The translations under genes and the position numbers were made by a program. The notes beneath the pieces were generated by a model, which saw only the letters and a list, made by a program, of their open reading frames with translations, did not search any database and had not been told where the DNA came from. Shown here piece by piece: positions 54,776-64,000 of a DNA stretch of 64,000 nt. This DNA comes from Diplonema japonicum. Taxonomy: Eukaryota; Protista; Euglenozoa: Diplonemea. Position 1 is the stretch's first letter. Each line of letters begins with the position of its first letter. The stretch lies in assembly GCA_964019335.1 (NCBI GenBank), contig OZ025748.1, forward strand, positions 186,001 to 250,000, in the 5' to 3' direction.

Positions 54776-56866
54776 ATGTGGATAGGTAATCTTTTTGTAC
54801 GGCAGTCTGACCACTGGTTTGAAGAGAGATACCACAGGGTGTGGAACGCGATAAAAGAAGGAAAGCAAACGGGGAGAGTTGAAAAGGGGAAATATATGCA
54901 GTGTGTAGTGGACATCGACGACATGCTGGGGAAGTGTTTGGAAGGGAAAGACAAGGACCCCATTGAGTGTCTATTGAAAAGGGTGGCTGTTGGGGTTGAA
55001 GAAGCATGCAAGGAAGGAACACCTTTAGACCAATGCGTATCTATGGAGAACATGTGCAAGGCGGCAAGCAAAGTTCTCTTTAGACTCGAAACAAACACCA
55101 CTAACATGCTGGAAAAATGCCTTGTGAAAAAAGTAGAAGCTAGCAAATCATGGCTTCTCGCAAACGCCCTTGCCACCCTTTCTGATCACCGGACTGCAGC
55201 TTCCCCTGAAACACAATTTGAAGACCTCATCACCACTAGTAGACTAATGCTCGAAACGCATCAAGAACAGCTTTTTTACAACACCCTGAAACATGGAACT
55301 GCCACGTTCTACCGATCAAAGGCTGCCCTCCTCGCTTGTGAAGGGCTCTCGGTAGAAGAGTACTCCATGGCGGTGTCAGAGCTCCTCTCACAGGAACGAT
55401 CACTCATATCGCAAATAGTTCCCGATGTGAAGTGGAGGGAGGCCCTCACAAAGGCGAGCGAACTCGAGCTTTTGAAAACGTACAAGGAAGCGCTTCTCAT
55501 CCAAGCGATGAGTGCTTTGAGAAGAGGAGACTGGGAACACTTCACTGTGATGCACTCCTTGCTTTTCAGAGTCGATCCTGCCGCGGTAGACGATCTGTCT
55601 CCCGCCGTCACAAAAATCGTTACCGACGAAGGGCTGAAGTATCTAAAGGAACACAATGGCGGAGCTATCGACCAGGGCTACGTTCACTTCCTGATGGAAC
55701 TGCACAGCAAGTACAAGGAGAACATTGCTGCCTCACCGTTGGAGGACTCGCGGGACGTCATAGAGGAAGGAAGGGTCAAGGGGATGGTGGAACTCCTCAC
55801 CAAAACGTCTGATGACCAAGCAAAGCTCTGCGAAGTTCTCCTCCACGAGGCAGAGGTAGGCATCGGCCTCGGAGACTCAGAATCCGTCAAGAAAACCGTA
55901 GAAATCCTAGCGTATCTAAAAGAGCGCAACGTGTTCTACACAGGGTACAGAAAGGCTCTGTGCAAACGATTGCTCGCGTGCAAAGATCAACAACAACCTT
56001 GGGAGGTGACCGAAGGTACCTACCTGGACCTTTTCGACCCCGTCATGGGGGGCACGCGTTTGGGCACAAAATCGAGGGAGATGATCGCTGACAAAAAAGC
56101 TTCGATACAAATCGTGGAGAGCTTCAGAGACCAGCCCACATCCACTCCATTTACATGGTTCAGCCCGTTGGTGTTGACCGGGCCTTCGTGGCCGTTGCTC
56201 AAAACGGACGACATGCTGGTTCTTCCAACGCAAATGGGCGCTGCTTTAACCGCATTCACGGATTTCTTCACACCAAGCCCAGGAGGGGGGAGGCCGGGAA
56301 AGCTGTTGAGATGGGTCCACTCCATTGGGAGGGTGGCTATGGTTGACACCACCACCAACGCAAAGCTCAGCATGGGCACCTACCAAGCCGTTGTGGTTAT
56401 GACATTGGGAGAGGAGGACAATGAGGAAGGCAAGACCGTCCCACAAATTGTCGAGCCTACTGGAATGCCGGCCGATGTAGTGGCATCCGTTCTCGTAAGC
56501 CTCTCCCCTTTAGTCTCTCCTGTGGTAGGTACTGACAAGTATGTGTACACCGCCCCTAAGGGTGACGATGGTGTGAACTTATCCAGCACCCCGTTGCAGT
56601 ACACTGCGACCTCTCCGGTCGCCACCGCGCGTCGTTCGGCGATCCTCTCCACCCTTTTGAAGTTCGTGAAGCGGAGTAAAACCATCAGGGTGCCAACGCT
56701 GCTTTCTGAAACGTCGGCCTCTTTACGCCCCACGTACGGGGTTCTCAAGGTGGATCTTCTTACGAAAGGCGTAAAGGCGCTCATCACCATGGGTTTTGTT
56801 GAAAGAGGTACCAGTGACAGGCAGTTGCTTGTGTACGTGATGCGGGACGCACCTGCTGGAAAATGA
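54776..56866 (+). CDS. Divergent cullin-family protein (696 aa)
   Basis: YLKERNVFYTGYRKALCKRLL, VLTGPSWP, LRWVHSIG, MGTYQAVV; winged-helix end ILSTLLKFVKRSK...LITMGFVER. Confidence 0.8.
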   Translation: MWIGNLFVRQSDHWFEERYHRVWNAIKEGKQTGRVEKGKYMQCVVDIDDMLGKCLEGKDKDPIECLLKRVAVGVEEACKEGTPLDQCVSMENMCKAASKVLFRLETNTTNMLEKCLVKKVEASKSWLLANALATLSDHRTAASPETQFEDLITTSRLMLETHQEQLFYNTLKHGTATFYRSKAALLACEGLSVEEYSMAVSELLSQERSLISQIVPDVKWREALTKASELELLKTYKEALLIQAMSALRRGDWEHFTVMHSLLFRVDPAAVDDLSPAVTKIVTDEGLKYLKEHNGGAIDQGYVHFLMELHSKYKENIAASPLEDSRDVIEEGRVKGMVELLTKTSDDQAKLCEVLLHEAEVGIGLGDSESVKKTVEILAYLKERNVFYTGYRKALCKRLLACKDQQQPWEVTEGTYLDLFDPVMGGTRLGTKSREMIADKKASIQIVESFRDQPTSTPFTWFSPLVLTGPSWPLLKTDDMLVLPTQMGAALTAFTDFFTPSPGGGRPGKLLRWVHSIGRVAMVDTTTNAKLSMGTYQAVVVMTLGEEDNEEGKTVPQIVEPTGMPADVVASVLVSLSPLVSPVVGTDKYVYTAPKGDDGVNLSSTPLQYTATSPVATARRSAILSTLLKFVKRSKTIRVPTLLSETSASLRPTYGVLKVDLLTKGVKALITMGFVERGTSDRQLLVYVMRDAPAGK

Positions 56867-57140
56867 CACTACACTAACGTTTTCTTCTTACAGAGAGTGT
56901 TTTTTTTTTCTTCTTTTTTTTACCCTCCTCCCCCTCCCCCTCCCCGTCAAAATGCAGCAAATCCACTAGCCTTTTTGATTTGTTCTTGTATGAGACGGAA
57001 TAGGGAAGGGTGGGAAAAAAAAAATGAAAAAGGGTTGGGGGGGGGTGTCTTTTTTTTCCTCTTCTTTTTTGTTCTTTTTATTTTTAAAGAAAAAAAAACT
57101 TGTCTTTTTTCTGCTCCTCCTCTCCCACCCCCCCACCAGG

Positions 57141-58736
57141 ATGACGTATGCACAGCTCAGACCCAACACAGCAAGCAATTCAAGGTGGTCAGTTGCAGCG
57201 ACGCTTGCGGATGAAAGTGTATGCGGCAGATGCGATAGTCGGCAAAGCCAGGTTTCGGCGAATAGAATGGTGGCGAGAATGAACACACGGATTGGGGTCT
57301 TGACACAGGCCGAGCAGGACGAAGATGAAACGTTTGAAACAAAAACCGGCGACCTACCAGATCGACAGGAGTCCTTCGTCTCCGCAAGTGACACCGCTCT
57401 CGAGGTCATCGAGAGCCTCAAAATCTTGCATGCTTCGAACTCGAACCTGCCGGACGCGAACACCACCATCGGGACCCTTCTTCGTACCATTGTAGTCAGG
57501 TCAAAACCGAAGAAGCCCATTGTTGGATCCAGATGTGAACCACCAAGCAAGACCATAAGATCGAGGCCGAACACCGCATATATGTGTCGAAACATAATAC
57601 CGATCCCACCACCAAGGGAAGCCCGGAAAGAAATCCGTGCTAAGTTATCGCTTCTCCGTGATGACCTTGCGGCACGGGCGCAGTTCAACAGTCAATGTAA
57701 AGAGCAGCAGAGATTGAAAGGAACCGATAAACTACACCTTGTCAAGGCGAACATCAAGTCGTGCGGTACACGCGTGCGCGGCAAGAGAAAAGCCTCGCCT
57801 GTTGACAAGAGGCTGCAAGCCCATGAACGGCAACTGGTCAGTCATTCCAGAAAAATCTCCATTCTTCACAGCGCTACAATGGAGGCAAAACGCAGGCGTA
57901 GGTTGGCCGGGTACGTGAAATGCTGCAGCGCACTACAAGGCTTCGGTCGCATCTTGGAGAATCACAGGAAAAGAACCACTGAGAGGCAACAACGTTTCTA
58001 CGTTGCTGCCAGCGAACCTGAGAAACAGGCTATTTCGATTCTAAAGGTTCACATTCTGAATTACGTTCTCACCCGCCGTGCGAAGCGGCACGTTGCCATT
58101 TCAAGAGTGCTTACCGTGTTGCAGTCTCGGAAGAGAGCCGCGCACTTCAAAAAAAGAATACGAAACTTCATGAAGGTGGTGCGGTTTTGCCAGAAGTATG
58201 TAAGGTGCCACCGATTGTTCAGAGACGCCAGGTTGTTCCTGTGGGGGATGCAGTGGGATCAGCTCGAGACGGTGATGAACCAGGAACAGAAGAGTGTTAA
58301 ATACTGCGGGGTGAAGAATCCATTTTCACAACTGCGGAAAAACATAGTGATCCCGACGGTCAGCCAGCAAGAGAAAGCTGCCGCGTTAACCTCAATAGTG
58401 CCTTCCATGAATCGCCAGTACAACGATCTGGTCTCCGCGTACTTCACGGAGCTTCGGCTCTTCAACAGGCGTCTGGAACAGTACAAGGAGATCGTCACCT
58501 TGAATTCGGACCAGCAGTTCAACTTCCTCTCGCTGCCGTTGCCCGAGCCGCCCCCGAGACCTTTCGTCAGGATCCTTCTCCCAGTGGATGTGCTGTCTGA
58601 CATCATCAAACGCACGCAGCACAAGCTTATTGCAGCGCAGAGAGAGCGGGCGAAGAACGCCATCGAGGACACTGTAGTCCGTACCCCCGTCAGGCTTAGC
58701 AACACCCGAACCTCCCTGCCATCCTGGGCACAGTGA
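57141..58736 (+). CDS. Hypothetical basic, helical protein with IQ-like segments
   Basis: Long ORF; ATG directly after a pyrimidine tract + CAGG; Arg/Lys-rich helices (VVRFCQKYVRCHR). Confidence 0.7.
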   Translation: MTYAQLRPNTASNSRWSVAATLADESVCGRCDSRQSQVSANRMVARMNTRIGVLTQAEQDEDETFETKTGDLPDRQESFVSASDTALEVIESLKILHASNSNLPDANTTIGTLLRTIVVRSKPKKPIVGSRCEPPSKTIRSRPNTAYMCRNIIPIPPPREARKEIRAKLSLLRDDLAARAQFNSQCKEQQRLKGTDKLHLVKANIKSCGTRVRGKRKASPVDKRLQAHERQLVSHSRKISILHSATMEAKRRRRLAGYVKCCSALQGFGRILENHRKRTTERQQRFYVAASEPEKQAISILKVHILNYVLTRRAKRHVAISRVLTVLQSRKRAAHFKKRIRNFMKVVRFCQKYVRCHRLFRDARLFLWGMQWDQLETVMNQEQKSVKYCGVKNPFSQLRKNIVIPTVSQQEKAAALTSIVPSMNRQYNDLVSAYFTELRLFNRRLEQYKEIVTLNSDQQFNFLSLPLPEPPPRPFVRILLPVDVLSDIIKRTQHKLIAAQRERAKNAIEDTVVRTPVRLSNTRTSLPSWAQ

Positions 58737-58890
58737 GGGGGGAAAATAGTAATCGAACAACGAGAGGGTGGGGGGGGGGGGGGGGGGGTTGTTTCTACGC
58801 CCCCCCCTCCCTCACTTTTTTTCCTCCTAAATCTTGTTTGTATAATACTGTACAAATTTTTTAAAAAAAAAACAAAAAAAAAATAGGGGG

Positions 58891-59607
58891 ATGGAGCCTA
58901 CCGTGGATATCACGGAGGGGAAGGGCGGGCTCAAAGATGTTGACGAGTTGAAGGCGTATCTAGAAGAGTTGAAGGCAGGATGCCTGCAGTTAGGGGAGAA
59001 GAATGAAGGAATGAAAGGAGCAGCGATCGCGGGGGAGAGGACGGATGTCATAGAGCTGTACAAGAAGAACTCGAGGGACAGGCATGACGTGGATCTGCAA
59101 AAGGCAGAACTGGAGGGAACATGGAGGAAGGTAACGGATCTAACAGCAGGAGTCAGAGTTTTGGAAGAGAAGGTCAAGGACAGTGAAGCGGTTGTGAAGA
59201 CGTTCCAGAAAGACCTTGCGGAGATGGAGCAAAAACTACTTCCATCAGACGCTGAGAAGAATCTTAAAGAGAAGGGCGACACCGCCGTGGAAGGTGACCA
59301 CCTCGCTGCAGGCCTCTCTCTCATCTCGAAGCTGAAAGAACGACTACGAGAAAAGCAAGATCTGCGACCGACTCCTTCCCACTTCACATCCCTCCCGCTT
59401 GACCAGCGTGCTGCTATCACAGCAACTCTAACTACCCCGCACCCCTTGAACACCTCGCTGTGCTCTGGGTGCACCAAGTCCTTGTTGGACATCTCGAAGG
59501 GAACACCGCCACCTTCGTACTCTAGAAGCGACCAGTCGCAAACACATTACTGGCATCCCGGATATGACCAGCTGAGTAGGATGGGACGGCAACCCCATCC
59601 GTATTAG
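58891..59607 (+). CDS. Hypothetical coiled-coil protein (238 aa)
   Basis: Glu/Lys-rich heptad region with a Pro/Ser-rich tail; co-oriented with its neighbours. Confidence 0.7.
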   Translation: MEPTVDITEGKGGLKDVDELKAYLEELKAGCLQLGEKNEGMKGAAIAGERTDVIELYKKNSRDRHDVDLQKAELEGTWRKVTDLTAGVRVLEEKVKDSEAVVKTFQKDLAEMEQKLLPSDAEKNLKEKGDTAVEGDHLAAGLSLISKLKERLREKQDLRPTPSHFTSLPLDQRAAITATLTTPHPLNTSLCSGCTKSLLDISKGTPPPSYSRSDQSQTHYWHPGYDQLSRMGRQPHPY

Positions 59608-59677
59608 AATTTATACGGAAAAAAAATTTTTTTTCTTCTTTCATTTCACGGTAACACAGGCGGGCAGGGGCGGGAAG

Positions 59678-62263
59678 ATGATCGTCGTGCGGGTGCAGGT
59701 CCGCAGGGCCTCCCGCATCACAGCGGCGAAGGCGCGAGAGAACATGAAGGTCTCGGAGAAGAGCCTGTTCGACAAAATCCCGGACCTCCCCATCGGGAGG
59801 GTCCCGAACACGGATTTGTTCTACAACGAGGGAAGGGGTCTGGGACCGAGCCATGACAAGGGAAGCGGGAAGGAGCTCCGCCCGGACACCAGGATGAACT
59901 ACAGAAGACTAGCCGCCGTACCCCACGGGACATGGGACGACCGACCAATGGCAACAAGATCCTTCGAAAAGATGAACCTAGACAGACGGGTGATGACCGC
60001 GTTAAAAGAACTGGAGGTGGAGGTGCCTGCTATAATACAACAAACCGCCATACCCGTGGCGCTGGAAGGGAAATCTGTAGCAATGTGCGCGCCGACCGGG
60101 ATGGGGAAAACCTTGGCGTTCATGACACCAGTATTCCACCGTATGCTGAAGGACAGGGACAGTGGTGTGGAACTCCGACCGAACCGACCAAGAACAGTCA
60201 TCTTGGCACCGACATTCGAACTGGTTCACCAGTTATGGTCCGTCGCGAACAAATTTGCACAGTCATGCGACATGCAGGCGAGGGAGTACTATGGAGCCTT
60301 GAGTAAGAACCAAGCGAAAGATGAGTATACAGGCCTGTATGATGTGATGGTGACCACACCCACTGGTTTGAGAAGGATGCGTGACGATGGGATATTCGTT
60401 GACACAGACTTGAAATACGTTGTTTTTGACGAGGCAGATGTTGTCATTGGGGGCACGGAGCACTCTGAGGCACGCATGGCCGACTCGGAGACGTTCATGG
60501 ACAACCTGAAACCACTTCTCCTCAAACAGTTCGAGCGTGATTCGTACCTCGGGCGTCACAAGATCCAGTTTTTGCTGTCTTCATGCAGTCTAACCCCCGC
60601 GTACACCAATCGCCTCGAGCAGTGGATCCCACATTACCATTCCGTCAACCACCAGGACTCTCACACCGTCCCCGCGAATATTTCACACCGTTTCTACCAC
60701 ATCAACAAAAAGGACAGGGTTCCTTACTTGATCTCGCTGTTGAATATAATGGGTGTGCGGAGAGACAGGCGGTGGGAGGAAACCGTGGAGAAATCGAAGA
60801 AGAATTTTTGGTTCCCGGATGCCATCACATTTGAGACGGGGATGTGGTCGCCGTCGGACCAAGGGTCGCACGTCCTACCAGCGAGGCCCGGTGACTCCGA
60901 GATGCCCCCACCGAACATCAAGAAACTCCTCCCGAAAACCTTCAGGCGAACGTACAAGAAGTCATACCCCGAAACGGAAAGGCTCGCATTAACAGAACCA
61001 GCTTCATCGCTCCTCCCAATGACTGTTGAAGACGGTGTAGCGGTTGTTGACAAGGATATCATGATACGAGATGCACGGGAAAATTCTGGAAACATGCTCG
61101 CACCCACTGTCCCACGCCCTGCTGTGTCATGGGGTGCGGAGAGAACAGTCGCTGCACCCTTTACAGGGGTGCCGGGGGTCCTCCCGCAACGCTACATTCC
61201 CAAGGGTGCCAGAACCATTATCTTTGTAGACAGGGTTGCTGACGTGAAAAGACTGGCAAGGACCCTCACAGCGGAAGGATACCACATAGCGACCTTCTAC
61301 GGTATGCAAGATACAGGGGGCCATGGGGCTCGTATTAGTGAGTTTGAGAAATGGGCGTCAGGGGAGTGCAGCGTACTTCTCACCACTGACCTCGCGGCCC
61401 GTGGTTTGGACCATTATGTAAATTGCGTTATAAACTACAACCTGCCTGCTTTCCCTGTTGACTACGTGAACCGCGCTGGACGGACGGGCAGGATGGGCAG
61501 GCACGGGATGGTCCACTCGTTGGTTTTAAAAAACACCAACGAGAAAAAATACGCCCTGAATCTCGAGTCGCGCCTTGTCAAGAGAAAACCCCTGGACAAA
61601 ATCTACGCCCATCCGGAGGCATTCAGGACCGACCTTAACAAATTCTGGAAGAAGCGACAGAAGAAGCTGGTTGATAAATGGAACAAGCTGTCCATGCTTG
61701 GTTTCGCCACTGAGTATGACCAACATGATCCCTCTCACAATAATTTTTTTTTCCTCCCCTCTGCAGGAGAGAAGAGCGAAAAATCAAGCATGAGACCATC
61801 AATGCAGCCTTCCGGATTATGCCTAACCCACGGTTTGTGAAAAAAAAAAGAACAAAACAAAAAAAAAAAAAAAAAAACAGTGGTACCATGGGTAGACAGA
61901 GTAAGAGAATGGTTCCAAACAAAATCATGCACGCGAGGCAGCAACATCTTAGTTGGCAGGTATGTCAAAGAGAAGGGACTACCAATTCACCCCCCTTCAC
62001 AGTTCCACATCAGTGGAAGAAACGGCATGAAGATCAGAGGAAACCCCGCAAAATTGATGCGCGAAGGGCCTTCACAGTTTAGACACATCGCCGGAAGCAA
62101 GGACGACATTAGAAGGAGCTACCTGTACAAACCGCAGACCCGCGAGAAGAAGGAGTTCTTGAGGAAGAGAATGGGCAGGTGGGCGATACCCACCCCTCTG
62201 AACACGCAGTTTGTGAAGGGGATGCCGGCGTACACCACGAAGAGTAAATACCCCTCGGCTTAG
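59678..62263 (+). CDS. DEAD-box RNA helicase, DDX28/mt-LAF2-like (probable mitoribosome assembly); join(59678..61713,61767..61832,61881..61959,62003..62263)
   Basis: Q motif IIQQTAIP, APTGMGKT, LAPTFEL, DEAD, ARGLD, NRAGRTGR; basic N-terminus. Three GT..CAG introns (53, 48, 43 nt) extend the frame to TAG at 62263. Confidence 0.85.
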
Positions 62264-62274
62264 GGCAACAACAA

Positions 62275-62311
<37 letters not shown>

Positions 62312-62375
62312 ATCACATTATTTATTCTTCCGTTCCGCTCTCATAACCACGCTCCAGTAGATCTGAATCCCAGAC

Positions 62376-62948
62376 ATGGAGGTCGGGCAATTAGTAGCCA
62401 TGTTGGGCAAGATGGAGCGCACCATCGCTAGCTTGGTGCACAAGGTAGACCAGCTGACAGAAGAAGTGCGGGATCTGAAACAGGACCGCGACGTAGTGGT
62501 CGTGGTAAAGAAGGGGAACGTGAAGGTGGTGAATTCTTCAGCAGACCACAAGGTGGCAAAACCGCAGACCACGAGGAAAGATCCTAAAATCGAATCGGTG
62601 GCAAAAACGCCAAATTTCGTGGTGTGTCCTACGCAAAAAAGTAAAACGGACGAGTCTCGTGGTCAGCAAAAAGCACAGAAAAAGCCGGCGGCCGAGCCGC
62701 CCGCGGCAACCGTAGTACAACTTTCAGACAATGTAATAAAGAACCAGAACCAGAATGAGAAACAAAAATCGTGTCCTGACAACACGCACGTCTCTCAGGA
62801 TGCGCACAATGAACCGTCTGCACAGCGGGAATCCGAACGCAATGCGTCTACACAACAGCACAAGAAAACGAAGAAACGAGGAAAACGGGGCGGCGCGGGC
62901 AGGCACAAGCCTCAAGACGCTGGGGGAGGGGGAGGGGAAGAGAAATAA
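62376..62948 (+). CDS. Hypothetical protein: N-terminal coiled coil + disordered basic tail (190 aa)
   Basis: Intact ORF filling the gap between its neighbours. Confidence 0.65.
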   Translation: MEVGQLVAMLGKMERTIASLVHKVDQLTEEVRDLKQDRDVVVVVKKGNVKVVNSSADHKVAKPQTTRKDPKIESVAKTPNFVVCPTQKSKTDESRGQQKAQKKPAAEPPAATVVQLSDNVIKNQNQNEKQKSCPDNTHVSQDAHNEPSAQRESERNASTQQHKKTKKRGKRGGAGRHKPQDAGGGGGEEK

Positions 62949-63050
62949 AACTTTTTTTTCCCCCCCCTCTCTTCTTTTTTTTTTCTCCCCTTCCTCCCAT
63001 CAAAACATAGGTTTTAATACACACACAAAAAAAAAAAAAAAAAAAAAAAA

Positions 63051-63611
63051 ATGACTGACGCAGCAGATACCACTGTTACTGTCACAAAACCCGTGCCGCC
63101 CCCTGTAGTGGCCGTCCCAAAGAAGTTCGATAGTGGAAACACACACAGTTTTGTGAGGGTGAAGAAGCCAAGGAAGTTTGGTGGCTCCTCGATGAGATTC
63201 GTAGTGGTTGCCGGGAGATACCTGTTCCGGAGCCTGCCCAGCGGCATCTTGCGTGGGGTTGTACCTTTGGAGAATATTGCGGAGGTTCACGTAGAGCGAG
63301 AAAAGGCGCTGCTGGTCATGGATTCTGGACACAAGAACTGGAAACTTACAATTGATGTGTCCTTCAAGGGAAATACCCACTCGTCCGTCGAGGAAATCGT
63401 GAGTATCATCAACCAGGCAAGGGCCACATTTGTTCCAGCACCGGCCCCTCTTGTGATCAAAACTGGTAGCTTGCCTTCTTCTGGGTCATCGCGAACGTCT
63501 TCAAAAGCGCAAGTTAAAAAAATGCTTTTCTTGAGAGGGATGCAGCCTATGAAACCCGTGGCTGAAGGGGTCAAACTTACTCCAAGCATGCTAGATGGCG
63601 TGAACTTCTAG
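63051..63611 (+). CDS. Hypothetical protein, possible PH-like (TH1-type) fold (186 aa)
   Basis: ATG after a long A-tract; beta-strand pattern FVRVKK..RFVVVAGRYLF..GILRGVVPLENIAEVHV. Confidence 0.65.
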   Translation: MTDAADTTVTVTKPVPPPVVAVPKKFDSGNTHSFVRVKKPRKFGGSSMRFVVVAGRYLFRSLPSGILRGVVPLENIAEVHVEREKALLVMDSGHKNWKLTIDVSFKGNTHSSVEEIVSIINQARATFVPAPAPLVIKTGSLPSSGSSRTSSKAQVKKMLFLRGMQPMKPVAEGVKLTPSMLDGVNF

Positions 63612-64000
63612 GTTCGCAGAGAGTGAGGAGGAAAAAAAGAAGGAAAAAAAAATTTTTTTTTATTGTATTGCCATTTGACCTATTCTTTTTGAGTAAGGTT
63701 TGTGGGGGTACTGTGTTGGAAAAAAAAAAAAAAAAGAAAGAAAAGAAAGAAAAGATGGGGAAGTGTTCTTCTTAACCACTTCTCCTTAATTTAACTCCCC
63801 CTCTCCCCACTTGTAAAAAGAAAAAAATTAAAAAAAAAATAACTAGTGAGGGGGGGAAGAAAAAAAACCCCTCCCCCTCATGTTCTCTTCTCTTCTTTCT
63901 CTCTCTGTTTTTCCTATTTTAAAAAAAAAAAATGTGAGTTAATTAACTGCCAACACAAAAAGAATAATTAAAGTGTATTACTCTTGTTACATTTCCCATT

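Noticed and set aside
1-64000. tRNA, rRNA, SL RNA or an alternative genetic code
   Set aside because: No recognisable motifs by eye; long ORFs are open under the standard code and all three stop codons are used. A covariance-model search is still needed to exclude small RNAs.

Overview
Eukaryotic nuclear DNA. It is most likely from a euglenozoan such as a diplonemid, inferred from three things: every credible gene is on the + strand, some spacers are only 70-110 nt, and short GT-AG cis-introns are present. About 26 protein-coding loci are supported. Single-copy genes: a ubiquitin-like + BspA-type LRR protein, a large Cys-rich/mucin/multi-TM protein, a catalytically degenerate ExoIII/APE1 homolog, a PHO80-type cyclin, an ARM-repeat protein, MLH3, a tail-anchored ELP3, a MICU-like EF-hand protein, a divergent cullin, a DDX28/mt-LAF2-like DEAD-box helicase and several hypotheticals. 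A recently amplified, mosaic cassette carries two papain-family proteases (x3 and x2), two paralogous GPI-anchored Cys-rich proteins (x2 and x3) and a small 4-exon membrane-protein gene (x2). I reconstructed 11 distinct introns by hand (40-85 nt). Several have a poly(A)/purine tract instead of a polypyrimidine tract before the 3' AG. Gene-free stretches hold non-autonomous DNA elements: two Crypton-like hairpin/inverted-repeat elements, P-like, Mutator-like and piggyBac-like TIR elements, and a Helitron-like family carrying an ingi/Pr77-like motif. I recognised no tRNA, rRNA, SL RNA or CRISPR array. Family assignments come from motifs recognised by eye, not from database searches.
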